A DNA stretch of 64,000 nucleotides, from contig NC_058383.1 of NCBI RefSeq assembly GCF_018350175.1, forward strand, positions 21,950,001 to 22,014,000. The letters run 5' to 3'. A program made the position numbers and the translations under genes. How positions within the stretch are numbered: the first letter of the stretch is position 1; each line of letters opens with the position of its first letter. The notes below the pieces were generated by a model. The model was not told where the DNA came from and did not search any database. It was given only the letters and a program-made list of their open reading frames with translations. This DNA is from Felis catus (lineage: Eukaryota). This document shows, piece after piece, positions 36,482 to 48,635 of the stretch.

Positions 36482-37015
36482 TTAGCTGCTTCAGGGCTCT
36501 GACATCTTTGATTTCTGGTCATGTTTTTCTAACACGTAAAGGTGAATGCCTCCCTCAGGGCCACCTGGGCGGTTGGGGTCCTGAGGATTCATGTGAGTGG
36601 GCAATGGGGACAACTGCACGCGCCTGGGGAATCGGGGGTCCCCCTCCCCCCCAAGCCACCACCCGTGACTTTGAGTAAAGTCCTCTTCCAAGGAGGGAAG
36701 AATGTGGAGGTCCTTCCAGTAAAGAAGGAAGAGAGGAAAACATCTGGCACAGATACACAGAGAGAGAAATGACATCATGGGGTTGGCTTGAAAAGTGTGG
36801 GGGGGGGGGCCTGGAGGGGGAGGGTTGGGAGTTGGGGGAGGGGGGTAGGACCCGGAGGGCCCGGGGCCAAGTTTGGGAGAGGGCTGAGTCCATTTGGTTT
36901 CATTCTTTGTAAAAAGTAATACCATCACGAGGACCATGCCATGCAACCTCCCAGCCACCTCTGTTCGCTGCCCCCGCGGCTGTGCTGGGGCGGAGGCCAG
37001 AGGGCAGAGGTCAGT
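36435..37015 (-). other. CACNG3: CACNG3 3' UTR (end approximate)
   Basis: Repeat-free sequence between the stop codon and the first convincing poly(A) signal on the minus strand. Confidence 0.7.
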
Positions 37016-37527
37016 TCAGACGGGCGTAGTGCGCCTGTTGGCCGGATTATTATGCAGCGACTCCTTGAACTCTTTGGGCGTGGAATTGTGGAACTGTAGA
37101 AAAGCGTGGTCCCGGTCGGAGTTGAGGAGGGTCCCCATGGTGATCTTTGAGGGGTCCCGGGAGAGGGTGAACATGGAGATGTCAGTGGAAGGGATGGTGT
37201 GGAAGCCTTTGCTGATGGGGGACAGGTCTCGCGATCTGGGCTCCGTGGAGCGCGAACTTGAGCGCCTCCGGAATCGATACCTGTAGGGCGGAAGGCGCGC
37301 AAAGGTGGATTTCTTCAGGAGCTCCGAGTGGGATTTGGCACGTAACTGCTGATGTTTTTCTATATAGATGTGCACAGCGACAACTCCCACGATTTCTGCG
37401 ATGATGAAAGAGAAGGCCCCGAAATAAAAGGACCAGCCATAGGAGTAGCTTTTTTTGGAGTCACGCTGCCCGGGGTCTCCGGCATTGGCTGATATATAAA
37501 CTATGATGCCGATGATGTTGCTTAACC
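37016..37527 (-). CDS. CACNG3: CACNG3 terminal coding exon 4 (512 bp including TGA)
   Basis: Encodes (G)[58 protein letters not shown]...[17 protein letters not shown]...[11 protein letters not shown]. This includes TM3/TM4, the Arg/Ser-rich TARP tail and the class I PDZ ligand TTPV. Acceptor is ttttcccttcttttAG, and the split codon G|GG = Gly is in frame. Confidence 0.98.
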
Positions 37528-39582
37528 CTAAAAGAAGGGAAAAGAGAAACACATCTTTCACACACCTCTGCGGTAACTCTGAGCCTTGAAATATTTATAG
37601 AAAGTGTGGAGGTAACAGGGAGACGGGTGAATGGATTTATGGCTGGGAAATCCCACCACGGGCGGGGTATGTCTCACGAGGTCCGTCTCTTGGGAAGTGA
37701 GGAACTCTGCTGCTCGGTCCCCGGTGGCCTGCGTTCAGCTATGGGATGCGCCCTATTCCTGTAGCGAGCGCCGGCGAGCTCCGGAATGCATGCATTCTCC
37801 CTTACGAGCCATTCATTCCATCAAAACCTGATCTCTGGCGCTAAGTCATGAGGATGGCAGAATGAAGGAGGTACAGGTACCCGCCTCTGAATGCCTCACC
37901 GTGGGTAGGAGAGACTGACATGTAAATGCAATTAGAGCAAAATACAGTGAGGGCTCTATCGGAGACGCATGTAAAATGGTTCGGGAGCAAAGGGAGGCAG
38001 GACAGGTGCGCCCCTGGGGTTTGAAAACAAGGTGACATTGAATGGGGCTGAGCCAGGAGCTGAAAGGCTACTGACTACATAATGTGACAGAAGAAATCAA
38101 GAGTGACCTGCTAGGGTGTTAGCTTGGATGATGAGGTCACACCCTGAGCTAAAATGAGAGGCAGCAAAGAGAACAGGTTTAGAGAAGAGGAAAGATTGGA
38201 ATGCACTGAGGCGGACGTGTTTATCGAGAGTCTAAATGCAGCTGTCCGGTGGACATAGATGGGTCTACACCTGCAGTTGGGGGACCCAACGAGTCCAAGG
38301 GGAAGGGACAGTAGCTAAGTCTTTTTTATCTGCACCGGAGAAGGTAATGCTTTCAGTTAGCTGTCAGTTGAGCGTCAGGAATTGGGGAGCGCAAAGCCGA
38401 TGTCCCCAGTAGGCATGGCCTGCAGACTTAGTGTCCCTAAGTGCCATCGGAGTAGCCCTGGAAATAGTCACTTAGAGATGAGCTGATTCTCTAGGGAGTG
38501 GTAAGAAGAAACAATAGAACCTGAGGACCCAGGGGCTGTGATGATCTCTGACCACCTTCCTCACATTATTGTTCCAAAGGTTGAGTCTCTCTTTTTGTCT
38601 CTTCCGGGGCGTGATACCAACATTGACTCGGGGGAGTTGGTATATCGGCTGGCATCTCCTTGCCTCCAATTTTAGGGCGGGGCTAAATGGAGGCCCTCGT
38701 TAGAGTTCCTAGCACAGCTGGTGAATGACCAGATCCAGCGGCCTCCTGTGCTCCCTTTCTGGTCCTTGACTGCTCCGTACTCTTCTTGTGGATCCCCAAG
38801 GTCTCCCCAGTGGTCCATCAACTAAAGGGTTAAAGCTGGGCACGGCAGGGGCCACGAGACTCTGCTCCAGTGCTGTTCTGACCTGCTGGTGCACGTGCAT
38901 TGAGGGGAGTTAATATTGGATTATGATCTCTGGCCATTCATTCTCCATCTAGGACTTGCTTCAGGAAGGCGGGCTGGGGGGGTCTGCTTCTGCCCCGTCT
39001 CCTCTTGCAGGCATGATCCTACGCAGGCATCCAGCAGGTAGGCAGCGAGTTCTAATCACTGAGCTATTTCTAAACATGGGCGTTGACACAGACAGCCCGT
39101 GTCAGGCTGCAGGAAACCACAGGATGAAAAACTCCTTCTCTTTCTGGAGTGTCAATTCGGCTTGAAGATTAGTGGGGAAGACACATTCTTTTATATTAAA
39201 ATGAACATGGATATAATAAGGAGGAGAGAGCAGAATTCACATGAATTTTTAAGTGTAAATGGGAGACAGACTTCAAAGACATTTCAGCTCACTCAAGGCG
39301 CTTCTAGTGATGCCCCCCGAGTCCCCAGGGCCACGTTTTCTTTCTCCTCTGCTAGCAGGGAAATTCTGGTGGCAAAGTTTGGGAAGCCCCTCAAGGAAGC
39401 CTTTTTTGGGGGAGGGGAAGGGGGAGAAGTTCAAAGAAAGACCTGGATGTCAGACCAGGTTAAAGGAGGCAGGAAGCCAAGTGACTTGCCATTAACTTAT
39501 AGGGCTCTTACCATGTGCCAGGCACTGTACAAAGTCTTAACATGCACCATCTCAGTTATTACAACCGACCTGCTCCTCCCTT

Positions 39583-39932
39583 GGGGAGTCTGGGTGGCAC
39601 AGTTGGTTAAGCATCTGACTCTTGGTCTCAGCTTGGGTCACGATCTCACAGTTTGTGAGTTTGAGCCCCACATCAGGCTCTGAGCTGATGGCACAGAGCC
39701 TGCTTGGGATTCTGTCTCTCCTTCTCTGTGCCCCTCCCCGACTTGTGCGCACGCGTGCTCTCTCTCTCTCTCTCAAAATAAATAAATAAACTTAAAAAAT
39801 TAAAAAAAATTAATCCTCTCTTAAAGTTTATTTCTTTATTTTTTGGTAATCTCTACATCCAATGTGGGGTTAGAGCTCATGACCCTGAGATCAAGAGTTG
39901 CACACTCTTCCAGCTAAGCCAGCCAGGTGCCT
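39583..39932. mobile_element. Tail-to-tail inverted SINE pair in CACNG3 intron 3 (39583-39810 +, 39830-39932 -) within a MIR
   Basis: Forward head ggggagtctgggtggcacag and reverse head agccagccaggtgcc. Confidence 0.85.
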
Positions 39933-42085
39933 CTAACCCTCTTTTACAGAAGAGGAAACTGAGGCACAGAGAAGATATGTAACTTTCCACGCTGACAGTG
40001 CTAGGAAATAGTAGAGGTGGGATTTGAACCCAGGACTGTGTTTTGGCCACAGCGCACTTAGATTTCAGTAACAAATTTTAGGAAGAACAAGATGTAGGTG
40101 GGCAATCACTTTCTCCCAACCACTAGACTGTCAACATCTTGAGGGCAGACCTAGGCTGGCTTTGTTCATGGCTTTGGCCCCATCTCCTAGCCCAGAGCCT
40201 GGCCATAGCCAAGAGTGTTTCCTGAATGACTAGGCACATTGAGTTGCCCGAGAATTAACAGGTGCAATGTATATACCAGCAGCTCCTATGTAGTAAGTGA
40301 TTACTGTGTACTAGGTGCTATCCTAGGCATCTTACAAATACCAACTCATTTCAGCCTCTTAACAGCCTCAAGAAGTAGGGCCATCGTTACCCCCACTTTT
40401 CAGATAAGGAAACTACGTCACAGAGAGGTGAAGGGACCTGCCCAAGGTTACACAGCTGGGAAGTAGTAGAGCCAAGATTTGCACCCTGCAGCCTGGCTTC
40501 AGAGCCCATGCTCCTCAGTATTATGCACAATGCCTGTCCCGTAGTAGGTGCTCAACAAAAGGTTGTTGACTGCTTGCCTGAAACCTCAGATCCTAAGAAG
40601 AGCTGAGCAAAAAAGAGCCTTAGAGAGTGCCGAATCCTCTGACACTTTCATTTTATAGGTGGGAAAATGGAGGCATTTCAGCATTCCTTTGGGAGATGGG
40701 GGTGTCTAGGAATAGACCCCAAGCTTCTGGCTTCTCCTCAGGGCTTTCACCGCTGCCCCTCATGTTTCCCAGTCCCCATGTGTCCGATCCACCTGCCATC
40801 TTTCACAATACCCTTTGTGAGAAAGAAGTTGCTGGTGACACACTCTTCCCTGACAATCCCCTTGGGGGACAAAATAATGATCCTTCTCCCACATGGGAAA
40901 CCCGAATGTCAGCACAATGCATTATCCACTGGGTCAGTCAGAGCCCAGCGGGTCTGGACAGGCCGCGGATGACTAGAACGTGCCTCAAAGCCACACAAAC
41001 TCCTGAGTTTGCCAGTTGCTACCGTCAGTCCACACAGAGCGTGGTCAGCTGACCACATCCCCATGGCAAGATGGCGGCTTTCTCTCTGGTCTGTTGCTGG
41101 ATTTGGTGCGGTTCAACTTCCCTGTTTTCCTGTTTCCCAGGGCAAACAGTGGGGGAAGAATGGGGGCAAGGTCTAGGAGGGGGGCAGGGCGCTGGGTTTT
41201 AGGCTTTGGAGCCATGTTGTTGCTGCTTTTCCAATACTAGAAAATAATATTGGGGGGCACCTGGCTGGCTCAGTCGGAAGAGCATGTGACTCTCGATCTC
41301 GGGGCTGTGAGTTCGAGCCCCACGTTATGTGTAGTGATGACTAAAAAAAAATAAACTTAAAAAAGAAAATAAAATAATATTGTGCTTTTTATGGTCAGCC
41401 TCTTTCCAACAACACTGAGACGTGGATACTATTATTATTTCCCATTTTACAGTCGAAGAAACCAGGGTATGGGGAGTCGGGGAGGTTCCCGAGGCTCACC
41501 CAGGTAGAGCCAGAATTAACATCTAGAAGGAAAGCCCCCCCTTTACACACCATTTCTTCTTCTACTGTTCCCACCCTGCTAAATAGTCTGCCGTCACCGG
41601 GCCAAGTTGGAAGGCCACCACCGGAGTTGAGTCCCCTTCCCCCACCCACCTTGTTCTATGCTTCTCTAAAGTATTCGTCCTGAGGTGAGGGGTGGGGTGG
41701 GAAGAGATGGAAGGGGGGATGGAAACGCAGGGGTAAGAGAGGAAATGAGGCGGGTGGAGGAGGGATGGAAATGGGGGGAGGAGAGAGAAGGCAGAGCATA
41801 GGGCCCCTTCCCGAACTGACTCATCCTTCTCGCCACCTTCTGGACAGGCCAGGTATTGGTTATGAGCTCTTCCCAGAGGGCATCCGGGGCTGCTGGCTTT
41901 TTACCTGGTTCCCGGAGACGCTTTGAACAATATGAAGATTTGAGCCCTTGGAAAGCCGTGACACGTCTCAAAGGGCCAGACGTGCCCAAGTGAACAGAAA
42001 GGTGGACCCCGTCAAAGCACACTGAACCAGTCCTTCAGGTCACACATTACACGCACCACACCTGCCCCCCCACCCTACGCGCAAG

Positions 42086-42397
42086 CATGACACTTGAACA
42101 ACAGGGGAGTTACGGGTGCTGACCCCCCGCACAGTCAAAAATCTGTGTTTAACTTTTGGTTTTCCCAAAACTTAACTACTAATTGCCTACTGTTGACGGG
42201 AAGCCTTACTGAGAACATGGTCAACAAACTCGTATTTTGTTTGTTCTATGTATTCTATACTGTATTCTTACAATGAAGTAAGCTAGGGAAAAGAAAATGC
42301 CATTAAAAAAATCATTTCCACTACTGTATGCATTTACTGAAAATCCATTCCTCAGTGGACCCGCGCAGTTCAAACCCATGTCGTTCAAGGGTCACCA
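42086..42397. mobile_element. Tigger2a-like MITE (TcMar-Tigger)
   Basis: Terminal inverted repeats tgacacttgaacaac / gtcgttcaagggtca. Body aacttaactactaattgcctactgttgacgggaagccttac. Confidence 0.85.
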
Positions 42398-42531
42398 TAC
42401 ATATGCTGTCTCACTAGTCAGCCTCTGTCCTCCTCTGAGCTGATCCTGCCACCCTAGTCTCCTGCCTTCCTATGATGCCACCCTCGCGTATCAGCATCTT
42501 TGGTTCTAAGTGAAGTCTGTGGCTCTTCATT

Positions 42532-42751
42532 CTTTTTTTTTTTTTTTTTTTAATTTTGTTTCAGAGAGAGAGAGAGAGAGAGAGACAGGGAGAGCAGAGG
42601 AGAGGGGCAGAGGGAGGGAGAGAGAGAATCCCAAGCAGGTTCCACGCCCAGAGCAGAGCCTGGTGCGGGGCTCCATCCCACAACCCTGGGATCATGACCT
42701 GAGCAGAAGTCAAACTCGGAGGCTCAACTGACTGAGCCACTTGGGAGCCCC
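42532..42751 (-). mobile_element. Carnivore SINE about 140 bp into intron 3
   Basis: TSD tggct(c/t)ttcattctt. Confidence 0.9.
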
Positions 42752-42891
42752 TGGCTTTTCATTCTTCACATGAGCGGAGTATTTTCTCGCTCTTGCCCTG
42801 GATGGAACCCTGAATAGCACTGCTCTGTCCTTGTGGGCCTGGCTGGGGGTTGGTGCCTGTGAGGACCTCGGGGCCGGGGCCGGAAGCTCAC

Positions 42892-43032
42892 CTGCAGAGA
42901 CGAAAAAGATGCCCGCGCTGAGGATGACATTGTGTCTGCTTCGGTGGAATTCGCTGGCTGCCACGCAGAGCCCGCCAAAGAAGAGCAGCGTGACGCTGAG
43001 GATGGGGAAGACACTGGAGGCCCTCACAGCTC
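42892..43032 (-). CDS. CACNG3: CACNG3 coding exon 3 (141 bp, phase 1-1)
   Basis: Encodes (R)[46 protein letters not shown](G), covering TM2 to the start of TM3. Acceptor is ccccttctctccgcAG and donor is GTGAGC. The split codon C|GA = Arg joins exon 2 in frame. Confidence 0.97.
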
Positions 43033-44374
43033 CTGCGGAGAGAAGGGGAGAGGGTTCCACCTGCGTCCAGGCCAGCCCCGGGATCCACCCATCCCAGGCA
43101 CAGGCGCCCCCGGGGAAAACAGCATCTGCGGAGGAGGACAGAGCCTGCATGTAACATGGGCGTGAGACCAGTACGGCTGCTCAGGGCTTTGTGCTCGGTG
43201 CTAACGCTCTCCAGTCGCCGTCCTGAAATTCTTAATCAGTCTGTCTTTGAATTGCGTTTTAGAAGTGAAGCCTGATGGGCCCACAGACATTGCACTAGGG
43301 GACTCGGAGCCTTGACTTGTGTCATCGTCTCTGTCTCCCACACCCCCTTCTCCTTGGGATGGGACCTTAGCTGCCCATTCTCCTGCCCCAACCAGTGATC
43401 ACTGCCACCCTTCGTTCCTGGTGGGGGCTGGGCATGGACGGAGGAAGGGTCAGGGTCGGTGCGAGCCCCAGGCACCTGCAAAGCTATGCATTCACCCCTC
43501 AGAGTGTCTCCATGCCCCTCGGGGTAGTGTGACATTAGGTAGGCAAATAAAAGACACTGTGACAGATCAAGAGAGAGAGAGAACAGAAAAGAAGAAAAAG
43601 CTTTTTTGCCTGTGTTTTGAAGGAGGAGCTGGGATCTTCCTTCACCCTGGACCCTGCCAAGTCTGTAGCCAGCCCTGCACCCAGAGTCTCTCCCATCGGC
43701 TCACACGCTGTTGGCCAAAATGCAGAGCCTTTTCCCACTGCACACCTATCTTTGCCTATTCCTTGGTCTGGCAATATTCTCTTGATACCCACTTAGTCAC
43801 TGAATGAACAAAGGAGTTTACTTATCCATGCAACAATGTTACTGTGTACCTACTGGATGCCAGGCGCTGTGCTGGGCCCTCAGGTAGCACCAGTGGACAT
43901 GTGCGGCCACCCCCAGGGCACAGGAGCTGCCCTTCAAAGTAGGGGCTGGCTGAGGGGCTGGAGCAGCTCCTGGAGGCCCCTGTGTTAACTCTTTAGTTGC
44001 TGGATCATGGAGAGGCCCTAAGGGAGGCCCCTTAGGCCTTGGGGAGGGGTCCTATGGTAGGGGTTCCAATATTTACCCAGCCAGTATAAGGGTATTTCCT
44101 GGTCTGTCCAGACCAGAATATACCAGTTGAATAAATTCCATGTTCATGGTGTACAAAAGAGTTAGGGTCCCAGGTCTCATGGGGCTTACAAGCCAGTTGA
44201 GTTGACAGTCAGACATGGCTATGTCATTTGCAGGCCCCAGCACAAAATGAAAATGCAAGGTCTCTTGTTCCAACATTAAGCATTTCAAGATGGCGACTGG
44301 AGAGAATTGAACACCATGAGGCTCTTGGAAGGGCTGGGGATGGTGAGAAGTTGTAGGATTTAGGGTATATTCTT

Positions 44375-46587
44375 TTGATCGATCGATTGATTGATTGATT
44401 TAGAGCAGGGGAGGGGCAGACAGAGAAGGAGAGAGAAAGAATCCCAAGCAGGCTCCAAGCTGTCCGCGTGAAGCCAGATGTGGAGCTTGAACTTACAAAC
44501 CCCGAGATCATGACCTGAGCCAAAACCAAGAGTCGGGTGCTAACCGACCGAGCCACCCAGGCACCCCAGGATATGATCCTAAGGTGAAGCCACCAGAACT
44601 GGCAGTGCGTGGTGGGAGACACAGGAGCTGAAAACCGTGCCCATATCTGGTGCCATGCTGCTGAGCTCAGGGTGGTGCCCAAAATGCGTAGGGCATGTGC
44701 AGGTGCAGCAGTGGGGGGGGGGGTCACGGCAGGAAGGGTGTCAGTTCATTTTTGGCCTTGGGAAGTTCAAAGCTGAAGGTTCAAGGCTTTCAAGCCCCCC
44801 ATTCATGGTGACCCTACCCCTGCTGTTTCTCTTTGCTACTGCACGGAGGTGCTTATGTGCCAACTGCAAACTCTTTCTACAACTTAATGTCATGTCAACA
44901 AAAGTTTTCTGAAAGTCTGGTAGCTGATTTAGCCAAGGGGGCTGCCTGGGAAGGGCATTGGAGTAGACGTGGGGTGAGGGTATGAGGGCACACAAGGGTG
45001 AGGTTCTCTTAATGAGAAGAAAATGAAAGAGTGTTTGCTTTTGCTTAAAGACAGCCACCCACATACCCAGCACTGGAGTCTGGGCAGACCCGGGGCCCCA
45101 TAACAGCGTCCCTCCCAACACTCTGCTTCCATGGTGAGGTTTTGGGAGAGGCTGGATTCCCTGCTTCCTTTAGCCCCCAGTCGAGGGTACCCTGGGGAGG
45201 GGGGTTCTGGAGTCCCGGGTGGGCACATGAGCCTGGCTGCAGGCACAGCTCATTTATAACTTCCCAATATTGACACGTATGACTTATGGGCTTCCATTTG
45301 GACCCTCAGCCTGGGACCCCACAAATATCAGGGGTTGATCTGCCTCCAATGGCTTCAAGGGAAACTTGCGAACCAACCTTTAAAGCATTCGTTCGCATTG
45401 TGTATTGGCAGGAATTGCGCAAATATTCAATGTGATGAGTTTAATTGATTGAAAGAGCCTTTAAATTAAAAAAAAAATTTCAAAGCATGATTAAATTATG
45501 ATTATGCACAAAGGAAACAATCTGAACGTTTGACACTCTTGAATTGTGTTGCTTATAAAGGTGCAACTTTGCAAGGTGGCTGCGGTAACGACGTGGCAAC
45601 CAGCTGGTGGCCAGACTCACTCTTTACCCACAAACGAGACACAGGGTTGCAGGTGTCTGCCTCAGGACGTCGCCTCTGTGATTTACTCTACTTTCATTTT
45701 AGCCCTATGGACACGAGGGGGCTTCAGACAAAAACGTTTTACTGTCTTCCTCCCCTACTTACTTCTTTCCTCTACTGTTCTTCCTCCCCAAACTATCTAG
45801 GGGTAAGTTGAGGTTGGAGACCCCTGCAGGAGCACGCCCCTGGCTCCGTGTGGTGGGGTCGGGGATTCCAAAATTCCCAGCGGGACATTCGTGTACTCGT
45901 AAAGGCCTCTCCTTAACCTCAGCCTGATTCTGTGGCCAGTGAAGTGTGGGTAGACCGTGGGATGGGGGCAAGGACCCTCACCTTCTTAGGGGGAGCAAAA
46001 TACTCTGTTGGAAAAGCAATCCACCTCTGGGAAGAACTTAAATCAGTTTTGCAAGTTGTGAAATAGAAGTTATAGCTGTGTTTCACCTCCAGCAGGGCAA
46101 ACATCACCATGTTGCATTAAAGCAGGAAAGAAAAACAAAGAAAAACCATGCGTACTCAGTAAAATCCCCCTGGAGATGACACTAAGGTCATTCTTCTGAG
46201 GAGGTCCATGTACAAAGCAACATCTCTACAAGTGGCCTGTAGTCCCCGTACCAAATTTTTCTGCTGCTGGTACAAATTCCCATAGGCATTTGGATAAATC
46301 CTACTAGATGCATAAGGACCGCAAACAGAGAAATGGTATGTTTACATTTTAAAAATCATCTTAAAAACAACTATTTCTTAATCGACCCTACTACCCCTTA
46401 CATCGTAATGTGGTTCAAGGCTCATATAGAGACTTACAGTCCGTCTGCAGACCAACAGGTGTGAGCAGGGCTAAAAATGGTTGAAATTGAAACACCATTC
46501 TTCTTGAGCTACGAGTTACAAACATACTCTGAATAGGACAATTTATTGAAGTTTTTATTATTTTATTTTATTTTTAAAGTTTATTTT

Positions 46588-46622
<35 letters not shown>

Positions 46623-48587
46623 AAGCAGGGGAGAGAAAGAGAGAGACAGAGAGGGAGACAGAAATCTGAAGCAGGCTCTGTGTGGACAGTGGAGAGCCCT
46701 ACTCAGGGGTCGAACTCCTGAACCTCGAGATCAGGCCCTGATCCCAAGTTGGACACTTAACCGACTGACCCGTCTAGGTGCCCCTCTTGAAGTTTTTATT
46801 TGTAATAGCCATAAAAAAAAAAAACACCCCTTACTTTTAACATTCCCTAACAGTAAATTTAGTCAATGCCTTTGAAATTCCCTTTTGTCTGAACTTGACA
46901 CACATTTTGTTGAAGAAGTTACATTTAGATTATGTTAAGCCCCAAGTTCTCTCTGTGCCTAGATCAATGTCAGGCCCCTATTTGCAGCTGGACTTTGCTA
47001 TGCTTGTCTCGTGCGACAGAAAAGAGAGAGCCCACATTGCTTCATCATTCCAAGTTGAGCCCTGGGCTGAGGGTAACGTGTGTGAGCTCAGTTAAATTTC
47101 TTGAGCCTGTCACGTAGATGACATTATCATCTCCATATCCGACTAGATAAAGACGGCTGAGAGATGGAAAGGTTAAGCAATTTGACCCAGGTTTAATCCA
47201 GCCAGTAGGGAGTCAGACAAGGGTAAAAGCCCAGACCAACCAGAACCCAGAAACCTCACACCAAGCCATCATCTCTTCTGCCCCTCACGTGATGCCTTTG
47301 TGACAGTCCCGCGTCAGATCCAGGTTACTGATCTCGGGACAACCCCAGCCCACATGCTGGCCCTGCCCCAATAGGATGGAAACTGCAGAGAGGTGAACTT
47401 GGATTTACATCTATTCTCCCAGGGCTTGTTCCTTAGGACGGTGCCCATTAACACCTCAACTCAACTCTCTCAGGAAGGCGAAAACTTGTGTTCTAGTTGA
47501 AGAAAATTCCTTAGATTTTCTCCTAAGCAGACTAAAAAGAACCTTTCAGTTTTGACTCACCTACTTTTCCCCTTTCTATTTCTGGTTTATTGACATTAAA
47601 GAGACTTAGATATCAGAATCACTTGAATGTCTCTGTCTAGTAGCAAAGGTCCCAGAAGCTCCTTTGGAGTATCCGTTTCCAGGGGTGAGCATTGAGGAGC
47701 CTCAGGGGCAGCCGGGTGACTGCAGGGCCACCCTCCCCTCCCTGTCCACCCCACCCTGGGGGAGACCCCAGAAGTGGAAACTTACGCAGGAGGTACTCTG
47801 CTGTGTCTTGTTCATAGTCTGCGTCTTCAGGGAAGTGATCGATTTTCTTGCACACTCCTCGGAAAGCCCCTGTGGAAACAAATGTGGGCCTGAGCTGGGG
47901 GAGGAGCCAGAGCCCCTGGGGTGAGCCTGGGTCCTCACCCCTACGGTGAAGATCCTTCCATGGTTGTTGCTGGCTGTGCATATTGTTGGCCCGTCAGCAT
48001 CTGTCTGGGACACAAAAGAGAGACAAGTAGAGGAGGGAAAAAAAAAGAAGCAGAAGACTTAACTTTTTTGCCTCCTAGATTTTTTGCATGACGTTGAGAT
48101 CTATTGGGAAGGGCAAATAGCTGTGAAACATAATCATTCATTATGAGGACTGCTTTATCTATCCCCACCCCCCTGCCACACACACAATTGGAGAGGAAAA
48201 AAAGAAGGAAATGGAGTTTGTGTGTATTAATTTTCCGTTTTATCGATGAGGAAACGGGCCTAAGAATTTTGCTTGAGCTCACATGGTAAATAGGGGAGCC
48301 AGCATTCCAATCATGATCTGCTGACTCCCAGGTGTCTATCCTGGGCGTAGCTTCAGGAATAGCACACTGCCCCTGATCCTGCTCATATCTGACACGGGAC
48401 TATCCCCTCACTCCTTCTCCTACCCTGAGTCATAGTCTGCTGTGCTTGGCTGTGTGGCCCACGCCTTCAGGAGACACAGAATGTACAGGTTTCTTGCAGA
48501 AACTGTCAGCATTCCTTTTTTCTCTTCAAGATCAGTTTATAAAAAATGTTTATTTGAGACAGAAAGAGAGTGGGGGAGGAGCAAAAG

Positions 48588-48635
<48 letters not shown>

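Noticed and set aside
36491..36958. 155-aa proline-rich ORF in the 3' UTR
   Set aside because: The prolines come from the C-rich tract; no homology recognised.
36894..37302. Overlapping ORFs (130 aa +, 125 aa -) across exon 4
   Set aside because: Shadow frames of a GC-rich coding exon, with no recognisable protein and no independent signals.
37528..37561. N-terminal extension [11 protein letters not shown] of the 181-aa ORF
   Set aside because: This is the intron 3 polypyrimidine tract and acceptor read in frame; the real exon starts at 37527.
39099..39683. 194-aa ORF antisense in intron 3
   Set aside because: Non-ATG start, ends in MIR/SINE sequence, and has no recognisable domain.
42710..43165. 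Several ORFs around exon 3
   Set aside because: Only the 141-bp spliced part matches TARP; the rest is intron or SINE read-through, or antisense shadow.
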